DNA of 64,000 bases from Eledone cirrhosa. Taxonomy: Eukaryota. The stretch is taken from contig OZ024745.1 of NCBI GenBank assembly GCA_964016885.1, positions 68,262,001-68,326,000 of the forward strand, written 5' to 3'. Below, piece by piece: positions 1 through 15,540 of this stretch. The stretch's first letter is position 1; each line of letters begins with the position of its first letter. A model generated the notes under the pieces. That model did not search any database. It was not told the DNA's origin and saw only the letters and a program-made list of their open reading frames with translations. The translations under genes were made by a program, and so were the position numbers.

Positions 1-2234
1 CGTTTGCACCACAGTCACGTGTCTATAAGTTTAGACCCGCTGCATGGAAAGTGGTTTCTACTATGGCCTTGTGGTATTCATTCCGACACTTTATATTCTG
101 AGTTCTGAGTTCAATCCCATCGAAGTCAACTTTACCTGTCATCCTTCCGGGGACGATAAAATAAAACACCAGTCAATTTAATCGACTAACCCCAACTCAC
201 GAGCCAAATTTCTGGCTTTATGTTTTTCTTATAAAATCACTTAACAGTAGATGCTAAGCAAACCTAGATACATGTTTTCACTGATCACAGCAAACATATT
301 TTCAATCTATTCATGCGAAATCAATCCCAGTATGTCTTCGATAAATTTGCAACGATATTTAACCGTACATTCTATCGTTGATATGGAGAAAATTTCTATT
401 GGAGTGTCCTTATTTTATTACCTCCCGTTACTCCGAAACAAAGCCTAAGTTATATTATGGAATATATCGTTCAAATAATCAGTAAATTATTCTCTTCGAT
501 CGTTTACAACACAGTTGATGAATTGTCAATCCAAACAGTTTTATTAGTTCTCAATAATTATTAATTAGTCAGAAGGGAATATAAAGGAAGACATATGTTA
601 CTGTTTCGATCTAATATGATAGAACACAAGAGAACATATCTTGACTTTTCTGAAATAGATATTGTAGAAGAGAAATGCTAGAGCTTATGTGACGTAACTG
701 GAATCAATATCTAACATAATTCCAGCTGTTGTTTACATCGCAAACAACTTACTTGAAACTATAGGCTCCCTGCATTAAGCTACGTAATAAAAATTGAAAT
801 AAATATATGAAATAAAATTGTGAATGAAACTGAAACAAATTTATGAAATTTTTAACAAACATTTCAGCTTGTTTTTTTTTTTGTTTCTTTCTTTTCTTTC
901 CTCGTGTAAAATTTTGACAGGACACACAGAACTGGAAATGAGAGAGATAATTTTAGGAGAAAATTTAGAAGTGTCTGGAAATATTCATTGCATAACAGAA
1001 CATGCTTTAAGTGATCAATATTTAATCCGTTTTAGAAGTTGATTGACAGAACCAATAGACTGGCTCATAAAGTGCCTTGCGGTGTTTAGTCACATGATTT
1101 TATGCACTGAGTTCAGTGGTTAAGTTTGCTTTTCATCCTTCCAGTGGTAATGAAATATATTACCAGTTAAATACTGCAGTATTTAAGTAGCATCTTTCTC
1201 GTGTCGATAACATTTATTACCAGTTAATTACTGGTGTCGGTATTTATCTACAGTACTTTCGCCAGAAAGCTGAGGCCTCATGTCGATGCTAGAAATCAAT
1301 AACAAAACCATTCAGAGTTAGAATAAAGCCAAAATTGAATTTGCATTACATTTTTTGATAAAATAAATTGTTTGTAAAATACTGAAACTATTCAATCGAA
1401 TATATAAAAAGTAGGTAACATCTGCGTACCACCAAAGTAAAAAAGGCTTTCAGTGTGCTCTAAAAAGAACAACTGGAACCCGACCTCGGCGAAATGTGGA
1501 ATGACATCCGGTAAGGGTGGTGAATATGGTACACTATATATTGTTTTTAAAATGGAGGACGTAGTGAAGTTCAGTTAGTCAAACATCTACTCACAGGTGT
1601 AATTTATCCATTGTTGATATACCTATAAATTGGTCAAACATATAGAAAAAGAAAGCAGTATTAGAAAGGACTATAAATGCCATAAATGAGAGGAAAAGGA
1701 GAGAAAGAGCAAGGACTTTTAGGCGAAGGAAGAAAGAAAGGAGGAAGGGAAGAGGGTGACAGACTCTACACCTAGGTCAGAGTGGAGTTTCGGCTGCGCC
1801 CCACATACAAAATGGTAAAGACATTTCCGCGGTCAATAATCCTACAATTTGCAGTATTTGAGACGACGTAACAGAAGGGACACTACAAGAAATATTGGTA
1901 ATGTGGTTGACCTTTGTTCCATGTTCATTTTCCTGGCCCAATATCGACAGGGGGTCAGTGCGGACGTGACATTTGGTAATATGTAGATTGGTGGAGTCGC
2001 TAAGGACTTAAAATTCATCAAGACCCTATAAAACCCTGATCTAATCTTGCTGCTGTTCCTTGTAGTGGCTGATGCAGAAAAGACTTTGAGTTTTATCGTT
2101 CTTGTCAGAAAGCGCAATTGTTCTATATATGGCTTTAAAGGTAAGTTAAGGTCTTTATTCTTAGTAAAGCAGAAAAAAAAACACAAAAAAAACAAATACT
2201 CGAATACTTCTTAAGCAAATGCAATATGATAAAT

Positions 2235-2420
2235 AATTGTTTCTACTTTAGGCACAAGGCTAGCAATTACCCAGTGCATTACTGGTACTTTATTTTATCG
2301 ACTCCGTGAGGATGAAAGGCAAAGTCAACCTCGGCGGGATTTGAACTCAGATCGTAAAGGGACGTAACTATGCTGGAAAGTATGGCGTCAGACCCTCTAC
2401 CGATACTGCCAATCCGCGCC
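2235..2420 (-). mobile_element. tRNA-derived SINE, full-length copy of the dominant family
   Basis: The reverse complement has an A-box-like TTGGCAGTATCGG and a B-box GAGTTCAAATCC, then GCCTTTCATCC...GTCGATAAAATAAAGTACCAG and a CCTTGTGCCTAAAGTAGAAACAATT tail. Many homologues occur in the window. Confidence 0.85.
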
Positions 2421-2689
2421 TATATATGAAAAATAATAATAATTGTTAATACTTTTGGCACAATGCCAGGCAATTATCCCATTCATTACTGGTACTTTAG
2501 TTTAACCCAGAACGTAAAGGGCCATAACTCCATGCTGCAAAGCATGATGTCTGAAGCTCTCCCTATACTGTCAAACCACCACCATATGATAAATAATAAT
2601 AATGATAATAATGATAATGATAACAACAACAATAACAATAAAGAAAGCCTATTCTTTTTCTTCCTTCTCTTCTTATTATCATTAAGAGG

Positions 2690-2900
2690 ACGGTAGATTG
2701 GTAGCATCGGTAGAGCGTCGGATACTATGCATAGAGTTACGTCCCTTTACATTATGAGTTCAAATACTGCCGAGGTTAGCTTTGCCTTTCATCCTTACGG
2801 GGTCGATAAAATAAGTACCAGTAATGTACTGGGGTCGATTTAATCGACTTTCCTCTCCTCCAAAATTCCTGGCCATGTGCCTATATAAGAAATCACTATT
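2690..2900 (+). mobile_element. SINE, same family
   Basis: GATTGGTAGCATCGGTAGAG...GAGTTCAAATACTGCCGAGG...GGGGTCGATAAAATAAGTACC, followed by an (ATT)n-like tail. Confidence 0.8.
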
Positions 2901-3603
2901 GTTATTGTTATTGTTATTATTATCAATATTATTATATCTGTTTCAATTCACTTGCATTCGTGTTGTGTTAGGCAATTTCCGTGTCTAAGCAGACTGGATA
3001 GTTACTGATTTATTTAGCATTAAGACACAAACACAAATAATTCACGCAGCGTTGTTGTTGTATCAGTAGAGATAATTCAATGAAGTGAGAGTGAAAACAA
3101 ACAACAAGGAAGGATAAACAAATATTTTAATAAATACATCTTATCTTCTAACAAGATTGGAAGATTGAGGCTATTATTCTTTGCAATTCATCCATTCCGA
3201 GATAATACAGGTGACGTGTTTCCATCAGAGGCTTAAGAGGTATTCTTCAAACGATGCTATTTTAATTTACAACAGAGGAGACATGTTGTTTGCAATCGTA
3301 TTGTCTAGACAAAGAATTAATCTCGGAGTCTGCTAACACGGTTGATTCTTCATATATCACTATACAAGATTGATAACTGGGTGTGATATTAAATCTACGA
3401 TATGCTCATCTCCTCTAGAAAACAACATTTTATAGGCAAAGAATGTTTCTCTCCGGACAGTATTAAGCCACATTCTTTATCCAAACCGAATTATCATGAA
3501 TGTAACGTATTTTGTTCGTATAGTAAACCGTCAAATGACAAACGGTATTACTATAAATGATTTCCTTTTCCAAACAGCTCTATAAAGTTACGCTAGTATT
3601 TTT

Positions 3604-3789
3604 CTTGACCAATATAAGCTCTAAATAAACATAATAAAGATGGACGCCTTAGGCTGGTTGTAAACTTTCTGATATTCTCAACCGTGAGTATGTTTCTCCT
3701 TGACCAATAAAATCTAAATAAACTTAATAATGATAGGCACTGTTGGTTGGTTGTAAGATTTCAGATAATCTCAACCGAGAGTATGTTTC
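3604..3789. repeat. Degenerate ~94-bp direct tandem duplication
   Basis: CTTGACCAATA...CTAAATAAAC...GGTTGTAA...TCTCAACCG.GAGTATGTTTC occurs twice in tandem. Confidence 0.7.
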
Positions 3790-5125
3790 GATAGTTTTGT
3801 TATCAATTTAATAACTATAAATCAAATCTTCCGAATATATGAGTATCATCCATGTCACACCGATTTATTTACACTCACCAAATTGACAAAGCCGTGGCGA
3901 TGGATTGACATAATTGTTAGAGTGTCGGATGCCTTGCCCAATCTGTTTTGTTTCTGCGTATTTCGAGTTTTAATACCGTCTCCTGTTACTGCAAAAATGA
4001 TGACATAACTGGGGCTACTAACATTAAAACATAAAAAAAACTCCACTAAACCTACGCGGGTGTGGGCCATAAAAATGAACAACACTTATTTAGATAACTC
4101 TTTGGGCTCGATGAAGAAATACGAGCCCAGATGTTTGTGCAGCTCTTGCAGTGATCACAACCTGGATGTTCAGCTGACTCAAGGGTGGACGGACTGAGAG
4201 GGTGTTAAGATAAATAACTGTTTCCCTATGAAGGGTTGCTTTCTCGATGAGAGGAGTAAATCGTAGATTTAATATTACACTCAGCTATCGATTTTATATA
4301 GTGATATATGAAGAATCAACTGTATTAGCTGAGCCTGAAATTAATTCCTTGTCTAGACAATATAATTGTAAACATGTCCACGCTTTTCCGGATAATATTA
4401 ATTGACTAAATCCTTTTGCAAAGGTGGGTCAGAATGAATTTTTGCCACTTCAAGTTATGAGTTCAAACTCCATCTAGGCTGATATTGTCTTTCATCCCCC
4501 AGGAGTGGAATACAGAGATTGATTCACATTGATATACATCTTTCCTGTTGTCAAATGTGTAGCCTTATTAGTTATGGTTCAGAAAGTAAACTTGACTCAA
4601 GTGGGGATTGGAAAATGAACGTAGCTAAGTTAAGTTAATGTCCTTTTCCGAAACTAGAGGCTCACGAAGTAGAAGCTTTTTCTGATTTTATTGCCTTTAA
4701 ATAAATGAGAGTATACACCATTAGTTCATCGCAGAGTTAATGTCCTACTGTCACTGAAACTCCATTTCAGCTGATTTGACTGGAGAGACGTGAAGTTAAG
4801 TGTTTTGCTTAGGAACATGATGCGCTACCTGGTCAGGGAATCGAACCCACAATATAGCAACAACCAGGCTGAGCATTAACACAGAACATAGACATACAAA
4901 AGTAAATATCGTCCTATCATTTATTTTGAAGAAACTTGCATTCTGTCCCTCAGAGTGTTAGAAATAACAACTAAATCTCCTTCAATTCATACTTAAAGAG
5001 AGATAGATACATTGTAAAAGGTAGCCTCTGGTAAACAAATAAATGGGATAATCACAAATGCAACCTTTTGGTAATCGTTTGCTCTAACAGAGCTGACCAA
5101 GATCTAAACAGCATCATCATCATCC

Positions 5126-5178
<53 letters not shown>

Positions 5179-5472
5179 AGCAGCACCACCACCACCACAA
5201 CCACAACCATTTTCTTTATGAAGCAATATTATTTAGTTGATGTTTATACAGAGGAAGATGTCTAGAGATAATTCCACTTAACCGGTCAATTTGAATAAAC
5301 AATTAGGATTTGCTTATGATTTCCACCAGCTTTAATTAAATGCAAATCTTTTCGATCCTGGCTGCAACACATTATTTAATCAAAGTGACAGAACATGATT
5401 TAGTGTTTAACTTATAGACTCATAATCGTATTGTCTTAGTTTCGATTCCCGGCAGTACATTGTAACCTAAAG

Positions 5473-5667
5473 CAGACCTGTCAACTCTCCCCGTCCGACG
5501 GGGAAAACTCCCACCCACTTTAAGATGGGTGAGGGATGTCTTTTCTTGTGAAAATGGGTATAGCTTTCATTATGTAAAATTTCCCCATTTTGCATCATTT
5601 CTCCCCGTTTTGGGGCGCTTTTTTTCATGGTACTCCCCGTTTGGTTTTTTAGAGGTTGGCAGATCTG
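5473..5667. mobile_element. MITE (~195 bp) with 6-bp TSD
   Basis: TIRs CAGACCTGTCAAC / GTTGGCAGATCTG, flanked by CTAAAG at 5467-5472 and 5668-5673. A second copy lies at 61071-61266. Confidence 0.85.
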
Positions 5668-6774
5668 CTAAAGCAAGACTATATATTTCACGTTTCCCTA
5701 GTTCACTGAGCTGGAAAACAAACGAGTTGTAGCTGTAATACAAGGGGCCAGCCTTCTTACACATCTTGTCAGGCGAAATCTCTAAGAACTATGTTAAGAG
5801 TACACGTATCTATGGAATGCTCAGCCCCTTGCACGCTAATTTCACAAGCAGGGTGTTTCATTAGTCAAACAACTGGAACACTCATCATTGGAAGCGACTT
5901 ATGTCGGAAACACAGACATTTATTCTAACAGAAATAAGACTAAAGAGTCATATATTAAACGTTAATGATTTTCTACTAAATTTATTAGTTTATCCACAGT
6001 AATAATGCTTTTTTAAAAAGTTCTAGATTGGTAGATTCGCAAAAGACTTGAACAAAACGTCTTACTCAATTTGTCCAGGCTATTTACGTTTAAAGCCCAT
6101 GTCCATTTTTGACTTTCGCTTTTTTTGTCGCTCACGCCATCTTTCTTCTTATATCTCTCTCTTGCTGAATCTCCCCTAGAATTAGGTTAAAGGAATGCAT
6201 ATCAGTGGAATGTCCATCCAATTGCATGCTAATTTCACGAACTAGTTATTCATTTGATTGAATCAACTGTAATACTCTTCATAGAAATCGACGGAGGTCC
6301 ATTCCACTCCTCGGTTTGTTTAAACAGTAGTTCTCTAGAAATAATTCAAATTAAGTGGCTAATTTCAATAGACGATTATGCTTCACTTATGATTTTCACA
6401 AGCTTTAATTAAAGCAAATATGGTCGAGCCTGGTTGCTGATATAACATTATTTAATTAAAACATTTTCTTACTAGACTTTAAAACAAGAACATTGACTCG
6501 TTTTATCTTCAGGCAGGAATCATGCAAACACATCTGCCATGTGGAATTTTATATGCACAAGTATTTGACGTACGCAGCCAAGAAATCCAGTGAATGCAGG
6601 AAGCGCAAGTAACTTTCTATTGAAGGTTTTAAGGCGTTTGTGAGCAATGAAAAGAATGCAAATATGTCCACTGGACAGCCTCGAGTCTTCGCTTTTACAA
6701 TGAATGCATTGATGAAAACCCATAAAGAAATAAATGTTTTTCTTTGGCTTGTTTCTTCTTATATCTCTCTCAGC

Positions 6775-6782
6775 CTCTCTTC

Positions 6783-6881
<99 letters not shown>

Positions 6882-7054
6882 TATATCGTATATATATATA
6901 TATACATGTGTACGAATATGTGCATAGATATATATATATATGTACACACATGTATATATATATGCGTATAATATATATGTATATATATATATATATACAT
7001 ACACACACATATATATGAATATATATATATATACATACACAAACATATATATGA

Positions 7055-7111
<57 letters not shown>

Positions 7112-7142
7112 CACAACACATAAATGAATATATTTGTGTGTG

Positions 7143-7184
<42 letters not shown>

Positions 7185-7185
7185 T
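6775..7185. repeat. (CT)n/(TA)n compound microsatellite
   Basis: Directly visible; it produces the spurious YI/ER ORFs. Confidence 0.95.
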
Positions 7186-7604
7186 TCTCTCTCTATTTCT
7201 ACCTCCCTATCGTATATTAATGACAGCTGCTGCCTAAATAGCAAGGACGACCTTCGTGAAAGTTTGCGTCATTTTTCCCGGATTACATTATTTATGGATT
7301 TGTATTCTTTAAGAAACAACAATATGTGTAAAATAATGTGTGAATATTTTTAAATTCGTTAACTGCCCCTTAATTTAACATACATATCTTCTTCTCGAAA
7401 GCCGTGTGGCTTAGTGGTTATGAGTATCTAGCTCACGATTATAAGGTGGTGAGTTCGATTCTCGACAGTGCGTTGTGTAAATTTAGTAACATACTTTAAG
7501 CCACATTACTTTAACCCACTCAGCTGACAAAATAATTTGTACTTGTAATTGAAAGGAGTAGTCTAGTCATACACAGTGTTACGCTGAATCTCTTTGGTTT
7601 CTGA

Positions 7605-7800
7605 TTTAGGCACAAGGCCAACAATTTAGGGGGGGGGGGGGGGAAAGTCGATTAAATCGACCCCAGTGCGTTATTGGTATTTTGTTTTATCGGCTCCGTA
7701 AGGATGAAAAGTAAAGCGGGATTTGAACGCAGAACGTAAAGGTCCGAAACTGTATGTCGAAAAGCATGTTTTCCGACGCTCTACCGATACTGCCAACCTT
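7605..7800 (-). mobile_element. SINE, same family
   Basis: TTTAGGCACAAGGCCA...GGATTTGAACGCAG...CTCTACCGATACTGCCAA. Confidence 0.75.
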
Positions 7801-7921
7801 ACGCTGAATCTTATTAAGAGTACGCGTGATTGTAGAATGGTCATTAACTGAAACACTCGTCATCAGGACCAACTGAAATTTGTATTTTACAAACACACAC
7901 ATGCACTCCCACACACACACA

Positions 7922-8228
7922 CACTCGACAGAGTACGTAGCTCGGAGATAAGAGGATCACTCCAGGTAGAGCCGCTACTTCTCCAAATTGAGAGACCCAG
8001 GGGTGGACTCCGAGCAAGATGGCCAGATAACATCCATAAGCTTGGCTGGTCTCGCTTGGGAATCCAGCCGGATCAGTTGTAGACGGTTGCTTCTGACAGG
8101 ACACACTGGAAGGAGTGTTTGAGGACTGCCCCCACGACCCTTTAAGTAATAAGTGGGTGAAGAAGAAGAAGAAGAAGAAGAAGAAGAAGAAGAAGAAGAA
8201 GAAGAAGAAGAAGAAGAAGAAGAAGAAG
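7922..8228 (+). mobile_element. 3' end of an RTE-clade LINE with (GAA)n tail
   Basis: Translates as LDRVRSSEIRGSLQVEPLLLQIER...RARWPDNIHKLGWSRLGI...DRTHWKECL, which resembles an RTE ORF C-terminus. It is followed at once by a long GAA repeat. Confidence 0.7.
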
Positions 8229-9487
8229 GAGGATGGGCAAAATGCCCCAAGAAAAGTTAAGTGATTAGATTGAAGAAACATATCTGTTTTCCAAAATGAC
8301 AGAAGAAAATTATATTTAAACAGACTCATTTTTACACTCATCACTCTTCTAGAAATCTGTATTTATATTTGCTGTCATTAACAAATTATTATATATTAAT
8401 GTGAACTTAAAACAATTTAAATTTTTCGGTTTACGTCAATCATTTAATAAACAAATCTTTAATGACAGAAAATTTCATTTTCGGCAGCCGGGAGAATCTT
8501 GATTAAATAAAAGCTATTTCAATGAGAATGTTATTACTATAAATGTTATCTGTTGGCGGTATCTATTTTATTATTAGGTTTTCTCTTGGAAATTGAACAG
8601 AGGTAGGAATTCGCCTTTGAGCTCTTGTGCATATAATTTTGATGATTGAGATATTATTGAAGATCTTGTTGTCTGAAGTCTAAGACATCTGAATAATTTG
8701 TTGAAGACTGATTTGCATTATTCCCTCATTATCTGTATTTCCCCGAGCAAGTTATTAGTTCATTGGTACGAGAGAGCTGACGAATGCATATAGTCACAAA
8801 TGTATACAACAGGTTGATTGAAAAGTATTGATTTTTTTATACGTTAAGTACAAACGACTGTGTTTTTAGTTGAAAGAGTAGATTGATGAGTTGTGACTTA
8901 CTTTTATCAAAGTTAATGATTTCTAAATTAAGGCAGAAGGCCAGCGATTTGTGAGGAAGGGAAAGTTGATTTTATGGATCCCCAGTACATAACTGGTACT
9001 TTATTTTATCGATCCCAAGAGGATAAAAGGCAAAATTGACTTTTGTGGGATTTGAATTCCAAACGTGTGTGTGACGCTGCATTAAGTTTATATGGAAAAG
9101 AGGTGGTAAGAGCGTGTATGTGGATGTTTATGTTTGTGAGTGTGTGTGTGTATGTTTGTGTATATTTGTGTGTGTTTGTGTGTGTGTGTGTGGAGGGGGG
9201 TGATGGGGAGAGAGAGAGCAAGAGAGCGAGAGAGTACTATGGTGGTGGTGGAGGTAGAGGGAAGCTGAAATCTTTTAAATCCTACGTGGTAATAAGACTG
9301 TATGAAACGGAATGGTAACAGAGTGAGGGAGAGAGTTAGAGAGTGACAGAGGTAGAGAAGGAGAGAGATAGAGAGATAGAGAGTGAGAGAGATAGGCGGA
9401 GAGTGAGAGGGAGAGGGAGAGAGAAAGAGAAAGAGGGGGGTAGAGTAAGAGAGAGAGGGAGAGAAAGTGAGAAAGAGAAAGGAGAGG

Positions 9488-9615
<128 letters not shown>

Positions 9616-9659
9616 TGGTGGTAGTCGAAACGCCGAAAAATTAGTGATAATTCTAAAAG

Positions 9660-11546
<1,887 letters not shown>

Positions 11547-11783
11547 CACACACACATATATATATATATTAGAAATTGAGTTTTTTTTACAAAATGAAAA
11601 AAAAAACGAGGTGTCCTACACGAGTGAAAGTATAAGGAAAAAAGATGAAATCGAAAATGCAACTGGAGTCTTTTTTTAATAAAAATATATATTTATTTGG
11701 TTCCTTTACAAGTTTCCCAGTTCTTCTGCTTTTCAAAAGTAGAATTGAGATGGAGGGTTTGTGGTTTTTCTCACATATACATA

Positions 11784-11902
<119 letters not shown>

Positions 11903-11907
11903 ATATA

Positions 11908-11939
<32 letters not shown>

Positions 11940-11943
<4 letters not shown>

Positions 11944-13410
11944 TAAAATAACAGATTAAAGTTTAAGCAAAGAATCGCTGCTTTCACCCTTAACGGGATC
12001 TTCTGAAACTAACAAAGTCAATCTGTAAACGCAGAACTGGATATTTCAAAAAACGTTGCAACCGGAGGAAGACAGGAAGACGATACTTTGGTTCGTGGAA
12101 ACGTTCGCTGGCAAAGAACGGGAAAAAACGAATAATACGTCATTAATAGGAGCGGTGAAAAACAATTACGCGCAAAGACACAACCACGTTTATGGTATAA
12201 AAGAGGTCGTAGACTAATGTTCTCTTAGGTGGTGCATAGAGACGTTCTCTGGCAATGAACGAAAAAACGAAGATAATAAGTCATATGTGGAGCGTGGAGA
12301 ACAATAGCACGCAAAGACAAAACCACGTAAATGGTATAGCAGAAGTCGTAGACTAAAATTGTAACTAGGAGACCAAATGAATCTCCGCTACAGAGTTAAG
12401 AACAAAGTAAATAAATACAATACAGAAGTAATATAAATAAATAAATACATACACGCAAACAAATACGTACATACACAAGCATACGCAAAATCTTACCATA
12501 GGTATACAAAACCACGCACATATAAATATGTGTGTGTGTATGCTTGTGTACAAATAAATAAATAAATAATTATATAAACGTATATAAGTAAATAAATACG
12601 TATATAACAAGCGCACACACATACCTACATATAAATACACGAATGTTCGTAGACGTAAGTCAACTAAAACAGGAAGTACACATATACACACACCCACCAT
12701 ACGTACGAACCTGCATACTCACGCAGACGCAAAGCTCCCGTATACACATAGCCAAACCCTAAATACCAGAATATATAAAAATACGTACAAGAAGGTATAC
12801 ATACCTTCACAAAACATACGGGTAATATATACTTACCTATGCAAATAAGTAAAGGAATAAACAAAACATATACTTAGCTCCCACATCAAGACGTAAAATA
12901 TCCACGTATAGATCGTACTATCCGTTAGGGTATAATGTGGGGCTGTAATACAGGAAAGTTTTGTGCAATTTATGTTTACAAGCCGAAATTCCCTCAGATT
13001 TTTTGTTTAAGATGTGGTCTGTGGCGTAGAGTATTTCCAGGGCCTCAGCGGCGCAGAGGTCACATGGTCTTTTATTTCCGTTATACGATCTAGCCCTAGC
13101 TAGGATCTCCCAGTGTAACTTATATTGGGTGTGGTTGTCTTTTAGACTCCAGATATAAGCTGAAAGTGACGTCATATTCCTTCTTGGAAGGTAACGAAAA
13201 GAATGGGTATGCATGTAAAGACGCTGCTTGAAACTATTGGCGGTTAACCCTATGTAGGCCCTACGGGACGTGGGTGTTACAACCTTACATTTGTAGACAA
13301 TGTTACTAGAGAGGCATTTCCCGGATAGGGGGCAATCAGCCCGATTCCTACAATTACAGTTAGTAATAACTACGGGGTTGCACGTGTTCCTACGGCTATA
13401 TATCACGATA
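11940..13410 (-). mobile_element. 5'-truncated Penelope-like retroelement (endonuclease plus 3' UTR/pLTR)
   Basis: A GIY-YIG ORF is followed by ~1 kb of UTR containing two ~140-bp tandem units (12100-12358) and ending in (TA)n. The terminal ~75 bp recur at ~50212-50284. Confidence 0.8.
12918..13406 (-). pseudogene. Penelope-like (Neptune-type) GIY-YIG endonuclease domain fragment
   Basis: CNCRNRADCPLSGKC, IVYKC...YIGLTANSFKQRLYMH, TSLSAYIWSLK, CDLCAAEALEI and LNKKSE...CKH are the characteristic PLE endonuclease motifs. No RT is attached. Confidence 0.9.
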
Positions 13411-13616
13411 GATTAACGGAGCCATAGACTCTCGCCGTTCCCTGTAAATAATGTGCTCAAAGGAGAGGAAATCCTGGGCACTTTAAAATACAATATTTTG
13501 AAAAGGTAACACACTAGAGAGAGATACAGTGCGCCATCAATAAAACAGGGAAAAACCACCAGTGTATGGAATCTATAACATATGGAAGGCAGAATATAGA
13601 CACGATAATCAAAAAT

Positions 13617-13796
13617 ATAAATTAAAGCGTAAATAAATACCTCTATAACTATATAACACACGTACAAATCCAAAGTGATCTGTTTCACCAGTAAGTTGTT
13701 GACGGAAATAAAATAACAACTTACTGGCGAAACAGACCACTTTGGATTTGTACGTGTGCTATATAGTTATAGAAGTATTTATTTACGCTTTAATTT
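13617..13796. repeat. Fold-back inverted repeat (~80-bp arms) beside the PLE fragment
   Basis: TAAAGCGTAAATAAATAC...CCAGTAAGTTGTT is mirrored by AACAACTTACTGG...GTATTTATTTACGCTTTA. Confidence 0.85.
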
Positions 13797-13802
13797 CAAC
13801 AT

Positions 13803-13857
<55 letters not shown>

Positions 13858-13991
13858 CGATCTGTGGATCCGCTAAAGTGAAACAATTGTTCTCGGTATG
13901 GTAAACTAACTGTTTGTGTTACCATTTCTACCTAACTCGTCCCATAGACTGAGTGCTCTACCACTATGGATATTACCTTCCAGTGTTCTGC

Positions 13992-14224
<233 letters not shown>

Positions 14225-14253
14225 CCTAACTGTACCAAGGATTACACACATTT

Positions 14254-14392
<139 letters not shown>

Positions 14393-15234
14393 TACATGCC
14401 CACGGTACCATGCAGTGGAACAGAACCTGGACCCACATAGTTGCGAAGCGAACTGCATGCATATTATATTTGCAACTTTATATAGATTATTTTTGAAAAC
14501 AGAAACTGAGAGAAGCTACCAATTCTATAAGGATTACTCAAGACTGGTTGTAAAACAGAGTTAAATAGAGGAAACCATTATTTCCAAAAGCGTTAGATAT
14601 AGATGCCAAAAATGAAGATGAAGAATATTATTTTCACAAATAACATGTTTTTAGTATCAGGCCAACTCTGATTGGAGTGAACTATAATCAAACGCGTTCC
14701 AGCCGTGATCATAGAGTAATTTTGCTTTGTTTTTCAGGCGTAGTTTATTTCGAACAACATTAAACATTTTCCCACCATATTTCTAATGAAAGACAACACA
14801 TATTTTTCAAATAATTTTGAAAATAATCGAAAATGTGGGTGGATTTAGTAATAGAACTAACGTTTTCATTGGAACATGACTTAATGATTGGAAGTTTAAA
14901 AATACATATAAACATTTTATAAGAAACAGATTTGTGTCACAGATCTAAGTCCGGTTAGGTATAAAAAAGTTAAGGAATATTACCATCGCATTAAAAAAAT
15001 TAAGATGTGATTATGGGAGATTTGACTGCTATTTTTTAACAAGTTCACTAACTGTGTACGTAGATCCTAGCTTACTGAAGTATTTCAATATGTCATTTAC
15101 TGGAATATATTCTCTGTGTCAGTTCCCTGGTAGTGGCCAGTTCACTTGTAGCGACCAGTTAAATCTCTGGATTGCTCATACGTAATTGCCAACTTTGTAA
15201 TCAGTTTGGAAGAGTGTATGAGAAACTGATAACG

Positions 15235-15540
15235 GCGAATTGGAAGATCGTTAAAACTTCGGATAGAATTCTTTGCAGTGTTTATTTGGCTCTCTTCTCT
15301 TTGAGTTCAAATCCCGCCGAGGTCAACTTTGCCTTTCATCCATTCGAGGTCGATAAAAAAGTACCAGTCTAGAACTGGGGCCAATTCTTCCCCTTTATCT
15401 CTTTCTTACATCCACTCTCTCACTCTCTATCTTTCTCTGGAAGAAAGCTGCTGTATTCAGACCTGGAGAGGAGATGAACTCCCTTAGGGTTAAAAAAATG
15501 CTCAAGAAACACCGTATGTCAATACATTGCCCCCACGATT
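15235..15540 (+). mobile_element. SINE variant with a distinct 3' extension (homologue at 60329-60620)
   Basis: SINE head and body followed by CTGGAAGAAA.CTGCTGTATTCAGAC...CCGTATGTCAATA, shared with 60500-60616. Confidence 0.65.

Noticed and set aside
590-642. Minus-strand tagatc-GAAA-cag-TA-acatat resembling an HHR 3' half
   Set aside because: The CUGANGA core is absent, so it is at best a decayed remnant.
6520-7244. Long [12 protein letters not shown] and CVCV ORFs here and throughout the window
   Set aside because: They are translations of dinucleotide microsatellites that lack stop codons, not proteins.
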